The notes beneath the pieces were generated by a model. It ran no database searches. It was not told the origin of the DNA and saw only the letters and a program-made list of their open reading frames with translations. From positions 5,394,001 to 5,458,000 of the forward strand of contig NC_092680.1 in assembly GCF_964355755.1 (NCBI RefSeq): a stretch of DNA of 64,000 nt, written 5' to 3'. The DNA is from Antedon mediterranea. Taxonomy: Eukaryota > Animalia > Echinodermata. Of the stretch, positions 1 through 15,200 are shown one piece after another (within the stretch, counting starts at the first letter, position 1; each line of letters opens with the position of its first letter). The translations under genes were made by a program, and so were the position numbers.

Positions 1-441
1 AACAGATATTAAATTGCTGGTGCTAATACAATATACAGTATAGGATTCTAAAGTAAAGGTGGATATTGGCTGATTCAAACCGATACAGAAAAAGGGAGAA
101 ATAAAATAAAATCCTTTAGTTAAAAGTGCAGGCTTACATCATAATGCATTGTGGTATGTTCCATAACTGTTCAGTTTTTTGTGGATAAAGAGAATGAGAA
201 ATCCCGAGAAATCAAACGTATTGTAGTTGGTACCAAATCGGTTCCACAAAATGTGGTCACTAATCACATTACAACTCGGATTGGGTACCAATTTTGTACC
301 AAAAAGATACCTGCGGGAGTTTAGTGTTTACCGGACCGTTTACGCCACAACACACATGGCGAAATGTTACAGTGTTTTAACCTAATTTACCCATTTTTAC
401 TCTGGAATTGTGTTTTAAGTTCTTTTAGTATTATAAATAAA

Positions 442-2492
442 GGATCAGGTGCCGTTTTCGGCCACCTCAACTTGTATGGACTATACCATTATAAAAAGAT
501 GGGAAAATAGGGGTGTCACATTTATTAATTGAGTGTGTTAATGTGTTAAAATACTGCTTCTTTTGTTCTTTTGTTTAGTGCATTATGTTTTAGCAACAAA
601 GGGAAAACAACTACGCCCTGCACGCTGTAGAATTAATTTCAGTTTTCAAGTTAATACAGTATATTATGGTTCTAATTATTTCTATATCATTTTTAGGTAT
701 CCTTTCTTAATATATTAGGTGGATTCCCTAAGGTGGATATTGAATAATTTTTACGGATTTATAGATATAGTATATAAAGAAATTAGTTTTTATTCCAGTT
801 ACAAATAAGAAATATAATTTATCTAACGATAACACAGTAGTACATTTAATAAAGATGACAGTAGTACATTTAATAAGATCTATAACATACTGATTATTAG
901 GTAATCAGTAAAACAAATAAACATTATAATTTTGTCATTGAATCTGTACCATTTTGTTCCCAGAAAACACAGCGTTTGACATTGCGTGTTTTTAGGTTTG
1001 GTTTTTCTAAAACGTTTGAAACACGTTTTTAAACGTTTCTGTAGTGTGTATAAATACATGTTCTAATTGAACAACGTAGCACACCTTTTCAATTCGGTCT
1101 TTATCCCCTTACATTTCCTTACTGATATTCCCAGCCCAATATACAATATGCCCAAATAGAACATCACTGATTAGTAAAACATAAACATTCTATAGTACAA
1201 ATATCCTACTTTACCCCAAAGAACCGAGTTTCCTTTTACAGTCTAATTGTATTTAAGTTCTTAACTATGACCAACATGTCCACCCATTTACTTATATTTG
1301 TTAACAGTCTCCTTTCATTTAATTGATGTACTGTCAGACCAATTATGTTTTCGAAAATCAATCCTTATTTCTTTTGTTTTATTTATGTTTAGTTCAAGAA
1401 AATTGTTGCCATAATCGGTAAATCGAATAATCTCAGAAAGGTACAGAGAATAATTGTTGTTATAAGTCCAACTATAGCCGAGTCGTCGTAAAATAAAAAT
1501 ACATATAATTATGTCGTCAATTAATCTGTTACCATTTTGTTTCTGTATCTACAATCGTTTCTGGATCTGGATGAATACTGACGAAGGACCACATGGGTAT
1601 TTGCGCCAGGGGGTGCGTCTCTCGGTGTGCAAACATCATACTTAACTGAATTTGTTTTATAATTTGTTATTATTTTTTTTTAATTTATTAATTTCACAAC
1701 TTCACAAAACTGACCAAACAATGACAAAAAAAAAGAAAACGTTTCTGTCAATGAATCTTCAATTATGTTCGTCTCACTGTGCCATTTCTTGGGTTCAAAT
1801 TCATGTTGTTGGGATTTATCTCTTGCAAATAAAAAATATAGTTTATCTATACCGATAGGATTGGGCCGATTAGAATGCATTTGCCAACATTCTTTTAAAT
1901 ATTTCACAACATTATAGAGTTTAGGTAATTTAACCGATTGTAATGTAGTATTTAGGATGTTTGAATTCTGTTCTGTACTGTAGTTTTAAATATGTTTTGA
2001 TTCCGATTGTACTGTAGTTTAACATGTTTTAATACCGATTGTATTGTAGTATTTAAGATTAATTCTAATTTTGAATCCGATTGTACTAAAATTTAATGTG
2101 TTTAAATCTAGATAGGCATAACATAGGCCTAGTATTTAATATGCTTTAATTTTGATTATACTGTAGTGTTTAGTTTTTATCATGGAGTAAAGATTACTCC
2201 ATGGTTTTTATATATAATAAGTAAGTATACTTAATAATAATATAGTAATATTGTTACAAAATCTTGGCATTCCCTAACACAGTACCTAATAATAACATGC
2301 CTTATAAAAAGTACATGCTTGCTAGTTGTTGATGTTTTGTATTGTAGTTTGTACTGCTGTAGGTTACATAACAGAACAATTGTATTGTCTTCCCATTTGA
2401 TAGACACCCTTCTCTACATAAAACACCACACCCCTATCATAATAATGGTATAGTCCATATAAGTCGAGGTGGCCGAAAACGGCACCTGATCC
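442..2492. mobile_element. Non-autonomous Mutator-like (MULE) DNA transposon, ~2.05 kb
   Basis: About 50-bp terminal inverted repeats (GGATCAGGTGCCGTTTTCGGCCACCTC.ACTT.TATGGACTATACCATTAT at 442 and its reverse complement ending 2492), flanked by an identical 9-bp direct repeat ATAAATAAA (433-441, 2493-2501). No transposase ORF. Confidence 0.85.
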
Positions 2493-3272
2493 ATAAATAA
2501 ATATCAAGCTTAGTTGTAAGTAATCCTAGTTTCGTGCAAAACCTAGGTTAGTTGGCTAGCTAGGCCGTGTAACTGTAAGCTAGGCTACTATAGGAGTAGA
2601 GGCCAGCACATGTGGCAGGGAATCAGTGAGGGACAAGAAAGGCTGCCTAGCCTCAGGCCTAGTAACTAGTAGGCCTACAGTACTAAGCCTAGCCTCTATA
2701 ATAGAGAAGAGGCCTAGTACCTAGCTTGGCCTAGTACAGTTAGCCAGGAGGACAGGTCTTGTTAGACCTTATTTTATACTTTTCGAAGGTTGAATTGCAT
2801 TGCCATTGCGACCAAACTTTAGCCTGTAGCCTGTAGAGGCCTAGCTAGACTGTACTTTATATCCAGCAGCAGTGTTTGTTAACTCTACTATTTATTTACT
2901 TCTCTACTACTGTATAATTCAGTCTACAGTACTACATACAGTCTCACAGACAGGCTCAGTTGATCAGGACCATGAATGGAATGGATGGAATATCGAGGCT
3001 ATAATTTCAAAAAGATTGGCTATTTCAAGATGATTTCATGTAGGCCTAGACTTTTTGCTCCCAACTTTGTTATTGTTAAAGATCATTTTAAAAATCTTGG
3101 ATAAGAAGATGAAATATTACATTAAGTTTAGTCCCCAGTGCAGAAGGAAAAATCATCTTACACTACATACAGTAACCAACTTGATCTAAACAATAAATAA
3201 ATAATAAAGTTCCACCAAAATTAACAATTGAATGAGGTAGGTTTTACAATAAATTGATTTTGCAGAATTAAG

Positions 3273-6200
3273 ATGAGAAATCTTCAGTTGCAAACGTGTC
3301 GTCGAACTTCGCAAGTTGCCGAGCTTATTGGAGTTGTATGCTCGACTGTGGACTGCGACACCGGAAGGTTGTACACCAGTAATTCAAGATCCGTAGTTGG
3401 ATTAGACCCAGTTACAAACCAGGTTAACTTTTGCGTTATTCCTAATTTTATAAAGTTCACCCCAAACTCTTACTAATTAATACATCAGACTAATTATGAT
3501 GCTTGTCTACACTATCAAACTTTGTGACAAAATATGGTGATGTGCCCATATATGGACATGATGATGTCACATCACTACCATATTTGGGCATATACCGCTA
3601 CTATATTTGGGCACACTTTTTTTGTAAAACTATTTTGATAGTGTAGACAGAGCTTTAAGCTACCCTAGCCCAACAAACCACTATTTGAAAACCAAACTTT
3701 CAGAATCAAGTTTCCAAGAACCAGGAACCATACCCATATCATTATTGACAAAATTGTTTTCTAAATTTTAAATTTCTTTTAAGGTGTCGCTGAATGTTTC
3801 TCTAACAACAGAAGGATACATCCAACCAAATAGTACAGATCATGTGATTGGTCTACAGCACATACCCGACCAACAGTCAGTGTGTGCTGCCACCAATAGA
3901 GGCGATGTACTACTTATAAACACCATCACAAATGAGGTAAGCACTTGTGTGTTCCATACTAATTATAGATGACACATGAAATAGTGTGTTTTAAATCCAT
4001 AGGAAAATTACTGGAAAAATGACAATGATAATGTCCAGTGGCTGGATCCCAATGGAGATACTATACAAAAGAAAATAAACAAATAGCTAAAAATAAACGT
4101 AAAGTAAAACAGTTATTAATCCAAAGGAGCTTGTTAAGCCATACAGATCACCATTTGTCTGGTAAAAGGCTCTCAATTGTAGAGAAGGGTACTTATTTTA
4201 ATGTAAGTTTATTAATTAGGAATAAATTATGTTTAATCAATGTTGTTTTGTAGATTGAATGCATTGGTAGTGTTGACCAAGGTTTAAAAGCAGTATCATG
4301 GAGTCCAGATCAAGAACTAGTAGTCCTTGCCACAGGTGAATGTACAGTACTTTCCCATCCAATGTCTAGTACAAGCCAAACAAACAAACAAACCCCTTTT
4401 TAGTACTTTTTAGGCTAGTGAGAATAAGTACTAGTTTCACACCACATTAGGGTAATTTCACACAAGCAAATCGACAGATCACATTTTATCTGCCAATGTT
4501 TTGCAAGAGCCGACGTTTTTGCTTCGAATAATAGATGGGTAATCAGTAGGCACTCATAGCATTAGATCAGCTTCGGGATCCCCTGACCTGAAGGGAGAGT
4601 ACCCATCAGGGTTACTGGCAGCTTGATTATCTGTACAATATAAATATTTTGATAAATAATGTAGCTCTTATTCTCAATGTTTATAAAAAAAAAATTGAAA
4701 TAAAAGTGTATAGCATTATTTAAACGTAGATCTATCTATTTAAGCCACTGAACTAGTGAAATAAGGAAAGATGCAGAATATATTATAACTTTATGAATAA
4801 AATAATATAAAACTGATTATAAAGATAAGATTGTTTTTATTTAATGAAAGGTCAAGATACTCTAATTCTAATGACGAAAGACTTTGACCCCATCACGGAA
4901 ACATCCTTGCATCCAGAAGAATTTGGAGAAGGTAATCAACTCTTGGAGATATTACATTTTGCCCCTGATCCTTTATTTACATGTTTTTTATGCTGTATCC
5001 TCTAAAGCTCTGTCTCGCCATCAAACTTTATGTGACAAAAATATGTAGTGTGCCCATATATAGACATCATATCACTACCATGATGTCATATCACTACCAT
5101 GATGTCATATCACTACCATATTTGGGCATATTACTACCATATTTGGGCATATCACTAACACATTTAGGCATATCGCTACAATATTTTGGCACAGCCGCAC
5201 ATCACACTTTTTTGTTAAACTAGTTTGATAGTGTAAACAGAGCTTTAAGGATGTCCTATCATACAGACTACAGCGCAATGCATAATTCTTGACAAATCAT
5301 TTATTTACAATGTTGCTCTTTTGTTATAGTGATGTATTTTGTTTTGCATACTGATTGTTTTACAGGTAAACCAGTAACTGTAGGCTGGGGTAAGAAAGAG
5401 ACCCAATTTCACGGCTCAATGGGCAAGCAAGCTGCTACATTAAAACCTGAAGCTGTCACTCAGTCTACAGAATGGGATGATGCCAAAATAAGAATATGCT
5501 GGAGGGGAGATGGTCAGTTCTTTGTGGTCAGTTGTATAAGTCCAGTTACTGGTAGGTGGAAATATGAAGGCGTTTAAATTTTCTGTAACGATGTGCAACT
5601 TATTTTCAATGTTGTATTTAAATATTTATATTTTTGAGTAATTCTTAAATTTAGCTTTTCTTGTATATTATGTTTGATATTTCAATATCTACTTTCTTAA
5701 CTTTAGGTGCCCGGAAATTACGTGTTTGGAACCGAGAGTGTATTCTACAGTACACTAGTGAAGATGTCAATGGACTAGAACATTCATTATACTGGAAGTG
5801 AGTAGCGTAGTGCAGTAGTTAAGTACAGATTTATTTCTACACACTACCCCAACCTGGTGGTAGAAGAAGTCTTCTCGAATAAGGACTATAAACTGTAGGT
5901 CCAGTGTACACAAAGAACCTGGTACATCTTTTAAGATGAGTAATCTGTTTTCCCGATGTACAGTACTAGTTCACACAGCCACTGTCACAAACAGCCACTA
6001 CTTTAAAAGTAGGCTTTCTTGTAAGCCTCCTAGTTCCGTAATAATCAATTGTTTGATTGTGGAACTTATGATGATGAACCTCTAATTGCAGGATGTACTC
6101 TTATGAGGCGTGGATATTAATACCGTAAAACCGCGAAAACAAGCCCATCTTGAAAATCAAGCCTACTGAACTTCTTTAAAAAAAATGTATGGTGTTTAGT

Positions 6201-9200
6201 GAGATGACGTAATTATGCCAAAATACATTATACATTTTGAAAGTTGTTTTTCTTGGTTCTTAATTTGTACGTAATTTTCAGACCTTCTGGCAGCCTAATA
6301 GCCTCTAGTCAGCGCCTACCACATCGTCATGATATTGTTTTCTTTGAGAAGAATGGTCTACGACACGGAGAATTTACCCTTCCGTTTGGGAAGCAGGAAG
6401 TGAAGGTCGGATATCCGATAGTTATTTAGCTTTTCATCTGGATTTATATTAATTTCTTTATACAATTCTTTACGATAAAAACCAGTAAAAAATATGTCCA
6501 GTCATTGCAAGATGAAGACTTGTTGACAACGTTATTATTAAAACTGTACATCCTATATTTTACTGCGTTATAAGAGGGCCTTGTAATTTATTTATATTTA
6601 TTATTTTAAATAAGTGAAGACTTGTTGACAACTTCGCACACATTTACTGGTTTAGCGTAAAGAATTGTATACAGATATTTAAGTTAAAGTCTCCCATTGT
6701 ATCTTTCAGTGTATATTTTATTATCAACCTGTCATTGGCGCTTTGCACTGTTGATAGCAAGAATAAAAAATAAATTTAACCATAGACAGGTCTTGACCAA
6801 CTCATTTTTTGAATTTTTACAGTTATGCATATAATTAAAAAATTAATCCTCAGGTAATTGAAGTACAATGGAACTTAGACTCGCATGTACTTGCTGTTTG
6901 GCTTGAAGATATACCAACAACAGACAATGTTATCCCTAAATCATACGGTAAGCTTAGGTATCAGATTGCTAAAATATTAACCTACAGCAGGTTAATTGTA
7001 CACAATAGATTACTGTTATAGCTTGTGTAGTACTAAGGATATAGTTTGAATCAAATAATGTAAACAGCAAGGATAGTTAAATACTTTTCAATGAGAAGGA
7101 GTTTTTATTTTTTATTTTTTTAATAGCTGTGGTAAGTACAGTAAAAGAAACAAAATGTATATTTGAAATTTTTCCGGGGTTTTTTACATACTAACTTCTT
7201 ACATTTTAATTCACTACAAAACTATGAGATTTTTTTCATATTTTTTAGAGTTATCTATTCATTATATCTACTTATTTTTCTATTTTGGTTGCTGTAGTGC
7301 AATTGTGGACAGTTAACAACTATCATTGGTACTTGAAACAAAGTCTCAACTTCAAGGGAACTTCAACTGATAGAATAGTAACCATGGAATGGGACCCTGA
7401 ACAAGCATATTGTATGCATATCATAACAAATGGTGGCGATTACTATCAATATACATGGTACTGGGCTACGAATCACAGCAGAGGTATGACGCAACAGAAC
7501 CAGGCTAATGTTGCTGTTATTGATGGAAGTAAGTGTTTTTAATATAGGCCTACAATTGAATAGACACTCTCGTATTTAGGAAAAATTGTTTGCTTATGAG
7601 CGACTATTTAGAATGCATACTGTACAGCCGATATTTTACTGTGTTATAAGATTGCGTTGTAATTTATTTATATTTCATTAAATTATTTTAATTAAGTTTA
7701 ATTAAATTATATTCTTGTCACAAAGATTGCAGATGTAAATTATACAAAAAAAAATCAAAATTTCACTTATGGTTGTGTTGCTTACTAAACATACCCAAAG
7801 TAAAGCACATACTGGTATTTAGTTATTATGTAAATCAATTGTGTTGAGCACTGTAAATTATATATAAATCATACTGTTATTGAAACAGTGCTCATACTGT
7901 ACATAGTTACATGTTATTTGTCATGCTATAGCCAATCCTGCGCCTTAGTATTGTCATACCCCAATGAACTGATTCAGTAGGAATTATACCAAACATTCTG
8001 TTAGACGACTGTCATGTGAGGTGTCCATTATGGGAGGTGTACACTCTGCATTTAGGAGGTTCAACTATATAGTAGAATTGATACAAATACATTTATACAA
8101 ATACATTTATATTTGAAGTAACTGAATTATATATAAATTGCTTTGCCTTCAGACCAAGTGTTAATGACTCCATTTAAAACAATGGTTGTACCACCTCCAA
8201 TGTCAGCATATACACTCAAGCTACAATCGTCTGTCAATCAAATTGTGTTTGCTCCGCCTCCAATCTGCAACCAGGTGGCAGTTGTTCTATCAGATGGTAG
8301 ACTTGCATTTTATGGAATTGGTAAGGAGATTTTGTAGAATACAATATTCATAAATAGATTAATCTTACATGTAGAGAATACACATAGATATAATTCTTAT
8401 ATCAGATGTCATTGTAGAAAAGACTCAAATTTTTGTTTGCTATTCAAGTAACGTTGTTTGTACAATTGTTAAAAGATTACAAATTTTCTAACAATTTTGA
8501 TCCACTTTCTTTTGAAAATTTTTTGACAATTTTGAAAATGATATGGTAATTTAATCTTTGACTTTTGATATACATATATAGAATTTGTTGTGCCTGTGGT
8601 GTTTTTATATACATATATCCAATCTGCAGACAGTGTTGTTTCGATCTTATTAGATCTCATCAGGGCAGCTCATGTTTCGAAACGATATGCACCGCAGAAC
8701 TGGCACAATATAAAGGCTATGTGAGACATGGTCCACTGATTATGCAAAGAGTGCACAAACTCAAAGAGTGTACTATGCAAAATGCTAATAGTATTCACAA
8801 CAAAAATGCACCTATTTCGAACATAAGAGTACTCGTATATATATATATATAATTATACACAAAATTGTGTTTAATTAAATTACTACAGCATAATGATCAT
8901 GGCCTTCTATTTGTTTGTATTTGATTATAGATGTTGATGCATTAGAAGATGAGAAGGTTGATGCAAGTGGGGGCACTGGTTTTAAGGGGATAGCAAGACC
9001 ACATGTGTTAAAGAATATCCTAAGGTTAGAATTGTATATGATCTTGTATTGATTGTATAGTTAGATGATTTCGGTTCACATTGCTCACCATGTCAATTGA
9101 AATACAAAATATGATTGTGGGTAAGGCTAATCTAAAAAAAGTGGTATTAGCTCATGATTACTACGTTAATAGCATTTTTTAGACCCGGACTTTCAGCTAG

Positions 9201-12200
9201 GTGAAGCAAAACGAGATGTCCCTGTGATACTCCAAATAGATGAATACGAAATTTATAGGTCATGCATTTTAAAAATAATATTTTGCATATATAGAGTTCT
9301 GAATTAGAAAACGTGATGCCAAAGCTCGTCAATAATTTCGGACATTGTTTCTTCAAATTAATGTAAATGTTTTCTTCTTCTTCTCCCATCGTTGTTTCCA
9401 CTTATTATATAGTATTAAAAACATAAAATATATGTTAATTATTTTATTGTTTAATTACTAGTATCGAAGATGAAAATGGTGAACCGGTTCTCAGCAAACA
9501 TCCTATCAGTTTCAGTCATTTCCATTGGCTAAACCAAGACACGATTCTTGCAATAACTAAGTCTGATGAGACCAATGACACAACTTGTGTTGTCCATCTT
9601 GGCATAAGTCGTATTGGTACCGAACAATCTTCACTTAAAATCAAGTAAGCAAAGTTTATGTTAAAAGATTTGCATTGCAGATAAACACTAGCAATGTCAG
9701 TGTTGCAATACATTGTTTGTTTCCATAAGGGAATATAGTAAAATTGAGAATATTGTTATGCTATAAGAAGATCTGTGTGTGATACGCCCAAATACGGTAG
9801 TGGTATGATGTCATCATGTCCATGTATGGGCACTTCACATGTTTTTATCACAGATAGTGTAGACAGAACTTAACAATCACAATTATTGTTTTATAGTTAT
9901 AATGACCAGAGAATTTCATATTAACCTTTTGTTCTCATTGGTTTCTTTTGAACAGGTCCAGATCGACCATATTTGGAGATGTATATCACATGACCAGCAA
10001 CTCTTGCACAGGTACCATAGCTGTGCAGTTATCAGATGGTCAGGTGACTAATCTGGAGAATGATTTCACCACTAAATTACCACAAACTTGTACACAGATG
10101 GAACTGTGCAAAATAAATGAGGAAGTAAGTTACTACTTGTATAGTGTGTATTATCACATATCTCATCCATCGCTTGTGATCATCAATTAATCACAATCAC
10201 ATGCCTTATTGTTTGCCTTTAATGTTTGCATGGTACACCACCAGTATATAGTTATAGTGAAAAGAACTGTTGAGTGTTTCGATCAATATACTTCGATAGT
10301 CCTAATTCTCGCTCCTGAGGATGGTCGCAGTTTATTGATCGAAACGTCGAGAAACTCAACAGTTCTTTTCAGAACCAGATATACGTGGTGTACCGCAAAC
10401 TTTGTATCCTCACATGCCTTTATTGCAGATTGCGTATGATGCCTCACTGTGTTTTGAATAGACCAAAGGATTTTTAATGCACCACTGGAAGTGGTATTTT
10501 GTAATACATGTAACTATGAATGAATCGCTTTTATTTGTCATAATTGTTTAGGTTTATTTCTGTTGTAGTAAATCATTGAAATTATGTAATATTTCTACAG
10601 GAAGTTGTTCTTGGGCTTACAGAGCGTTATCGTTTTTACATTAATGAACAAGACGTTGCTAATAACTGCACATCCTTCACTGTTCATGATGAATTTCTCT
10701 TGCTAACCACTCACAGTCACACCTGTCGTTGTATTAGTCTACAAAACTCTATCAAAGGTATATTTTGTCAAAAAATAATAATATTAATTATTTTACGTAT
10801 TATTAGTATTATTATTTTACATTTCGTTCCCAGACCCCATGATCTAGGACATTTATTCGTAATTTAGGCATTTGGCTCCTTTACATAACAAAACTAGAAA
10901 GCCACTCCGAGAGTGCATACCTCCGCCTACTGTAAAATTCTCCTTACATAAGATTTCTCCGGTAAAAAAAAATATATATTTGTGTGTGTCTTAATGCTGT
11001 TTGTGATTAAAGCTAATTTCACTACAAGCATGTGTATGCGAGTTTGGTGTAATGGTTATGTAACAAGCCTTTCAATTAACAATAGCTTCAGTTGACTAAC
11101 AATAGAACAACAACGCAATAATCAAACGAGTGAATTTGAAAAGAAATAGGTTTTTTAAACTACTCGCATCAAAAAACGTGCACATTAAATCAAATTATCT
11201 TTTAAAATTACAAATCACAAATTATAAGTCTTGCCTCTTGTACAAAAATGAAGTTTTTTGGACAAGTAGTTCTCGAGAAAATGCAATTTCACTTTACTTG
11301 TTACTTTAAGACTGCTCGCCGGCTTTTGAAAACTTCTGTCCTATCTTTTAACACTAGCAGGTCTGAAAAGTATACTAAAAAGTGGTCCAGAATTAAGACC
11401 ATGGTCTCAAATGGTCCCAAAATTTAATGGAATGGTCCTTGACCACATATCTATCTGTATATTCATTTTGGTAAAGATCTTGTAATTACTTTTTAAGTAA
11501 TCCTGCTAACAAACAAACAGACAAACAAACACACGCTACCGATTACATATACCTCCTTGGCGGAGGTAAATAACATTTAGCAAAATATTATTATTTAAAA
11601 GAAAATATATTTAAAATTAAATTCAGCTAAATACATAAAGCATTTGTTAGGAAGAGCCAAAGTTGAACTCTTTTTTCCCCCTAAAATTATCTATAAAGCT
11701 TACTTCTCACTTGGATGCAACGCAATGATATAGGTGCAATACAAGTGAGGAATGTGGAACTGCAACGGTTATGACCGATCAATCACATCATGATGATGAT
11801 GCTTGTAGTGAATTTAGCCTAAATCACAAACAGCATTAAGACACACACAAATATATATATATTTTTTCCCGGAGAAATCTTATGTAGGGAGAATTTTACA
11901 GTAGGCGGAGATATGCACTCTCAGAGTGGCTTTCTAGTTAGTTATTTTAACTAAACCTATTGTGCTTTTGTTTTTTTTTAATGTAGATCTAGCTTTATCG
12001 GCAAACTCAAGTCAGTTAGATGAAAATATTCGTCGTGTTGAACGAGGATCCAGGATTGTTGTAGCTGTGCCTGGAGAAACAAAACTTGTTCTTCAGATGC
12101 CTCGTGGTAATTTAGAAACAATTCACCCGAGGGCGCTGATCTTATCGACAATTAAAAAGTACCTGGATACGCTGGATTACAAAAAAGCATTTGATGTTGC

Positions 12201-15200
12201 TCGCAAGCATCGCATAAACTTGAACATACTTTTTGATGATAATGCAAAGGTATCATTGTTTTCTTTATGCTTACTTGACTGATGTTGTACTAAGTGTATT
12301 TTGATCTTGATTGCTGCAGTAAACATAATGATTAACTAGGAAATCTTGATCTTGAATCTTGATTGCTGCAGTAAACATAATGATTAACTAGGAAATCTTG
12401 ATCTTGAATCTTGATTGCTGCAGTAAACATAATGATTAACTAGGAAATCTTGACCTTGAATCTTGATTGCTGCAGTAAACATAATGATTAACTAGGAAAT
12501 CTTGATCTTGAATCTTGATTGCTGCAGTAAACAATGGTTAACTAGGAAATATACCTATCCCATAGAAGAAACCAAATTCAACCACCCCAACCATTTCCCA
12601 GTGCAAATTTTGATTTTTTTACCACTTATTTATTATATTAATATTTATACTGGGTGACCTCTTCACTGGACTCCCAAAGGGCCCAGTTATGATCAGTGGC
12701 TGTGAGTGACAATGACTGTGTGTGTACTAGTACACCGGAGTAACCCCTTACTCGTCTCAAAAGATGTAATAGGTTCTTAAAAATGCACATGACCTTTAGA
12801 ATTTAGACACAAAGGGTGCAGTTATATGGAATATTTGAACAAGTAAAAAACAGATAAATGTTATAAACTTGATCAATTTCAATTTGTTTTCTTAAAAATG
12901 CATCAAAATTTATCATAATATATAATGAATACATTATTATTTTTCAGGTTTTTTATGAAAATACAGATGTGTTTGTGAAGAAAATTGAGAATGTAACGCA
13001 CCTGAACTTATTCCTAACAGAATTAAAGGACGAAGATGTAACAGAGACAATGTACTCCTGGGCTTACAGGTCAAAGGTCAAAGATACAAATAAACCTGGA
13101 AGCAAGATTGATGCTGTCTGTGATGTAATACGTGAAAGCTGTATACGAATTAATCCAGAAAAGTAGGTTTTTATTTTGTCAAATGTTTCTAAAGCTATCT
13201 AAGTAGTCTGATGTGCCCAAATATGGTAGTGATATGACATCATCATGTCTATATAAGGGCACATCAAATATTTTGTCACAAGTTTGATAGTGTAGACAGA
13301 GCTTCATATTGAAATGGTTGCATTTTAAAATGGGGTCTTTCATTTGTTCGAACATTATTTATTAATGGTTGATTTATACAAGAACAAAACTATATAAGCA
13401 CAAAAACAATTTAAACCGTCATTGCTAAATGTTTTATAACCACAAACTTATTCACAGCAGGCATGCGAGAAATGATATAGACATTCAACCATTATTAGGT
13501 ATTTTACACTAAAAGAATTAAAAACCATTATAATTTCAACAAAAACGATACCTGTGTATACCACCATATATGAACTGAGTCAATCTTTGACCTAGATATA
13601 CTTTGCCCGATGATCACCAGATAAGAATCTAAACCATATTATTCTAACAATATTACTCAATTTGGTTACTTAGATATTTGTTGTCTATCCTAACAACGCA
13701 TATAAAAAAGACAACTCCAGAGTTAGAGACTGCCCTCAGATGTGTTCTTGATTTGAGGAGTAATCAATCATCCAACCACGAACAACCAACTCCTGATCAA
13801 GCCCTCAAGTACATCATGTATCTTGTGGACGTAAACAAACTTTTTGATTTAGCTCTTGGAACATATGATTTTGATCTTGTTTTAATGGTAGCTGCAAAAT
13901 CTCAGAAGGTAAAATTGAGTTTTTAGGAGTTTGGTTCAAGCGTAACATGCTTTTGATCAATGTCCTGTACTGTATATCAGTTGAATTATTATTACTATAC
14001 TCATTGTGCTTGGAAAAAGAACCCACATTTAAAAAATAGAACAGTCTTCCTTGTACCTTTTGTTATTATTTACAAATACTTGGATATAAATACAAATTTC
14101 AAATTCAAAGGACATTGTTTGATATGCTGTGCATAGTGCTTGATGCAAAGCAAAATATTTTATATATTATTTTTGTATAAGTATTTTAAAAATGTCCTTA
14201 ATTAAAAATATATGTGACCATACCATATAAATGAATAATTACTAACGTAAGCTTTTAAACAATCATTTAATGAATAAAGAACAATAATAAAAACTGTCAA
14301 AAAGTCGAGCGGCATTTTTTTTTGTAAGAAATGTTTCGTGATTATTTTTTTATTCAAAACCAACCAATTCGCCAATAACAGGAGGGTTAAAACAAATTCA
14401 ATGGCCTACATAAAATATTATATAGGCCCGTATATAATAACTATTATATTTATTACATTATTACACTTAAACGTTTTGTATTAAGTTTCTTATTGTTTTG
14501 TTATCACAGGATCCAAAAGAATATCTCCCGTTCCTAAACAACCTTAAGAATTTGGAAGCAAACTATCGAATGTACAGCATTGATAAACATCTTGGCAGGT
14601 TTAGCAAAGCGCTAGACCACATTAGTAAATGCCCAGAGCACTTTGACGAGTGCCTTGCACTGATCAAGGAACATAAACTACACAGCCTAGCCCTTTCATT
14701 GTTTACCTATAATACAGATAAATACAAGGTATGTTGTAATATATTTGTTATAAGACATAACATAAATTTGAAATCCAAATTACTAATAGACTATTCTTTA
14801 ACTGTATTTATTTAGGCAGTTGCAACTTCTTATGCAGAATATCTTACTGAAAAGAATAGACATGAGGAAGCAGGAACACTGTACACTCTTTCTGGGGAGT
14901 GGTCAGATGCCTTGGAGGCCTACGTCAAGTGTGGCAATTGGCAACAAGTGTTCTGCCTAACAGCCAGGCTAGGCTACGGGCAAGATAAGGTTTCTATGCT
15001 AGCCAGGAAGCTAGCCGGCTACCTGACACAGCATCGAAGACATGCTGAGGCTGCTGTTGTGCTAGAAGAGTATGCAGATGATCATGAGGATGCAATCGCT
15101 ACTCTTATTTGTGGTGCTGTTTGGGAAGAAGCTCTTCGTTTGGTTAGTTTTTATCTATACCTGAATATTATGCTTTTATAGTCATTTTTACATTGAAGAT

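Noticed and set aside
1578-1610. Hammerhead-like CTGACGA inside the MULE
   Set aside because: No GAAA after the putative stem II and no stem III or cleavage triplet.
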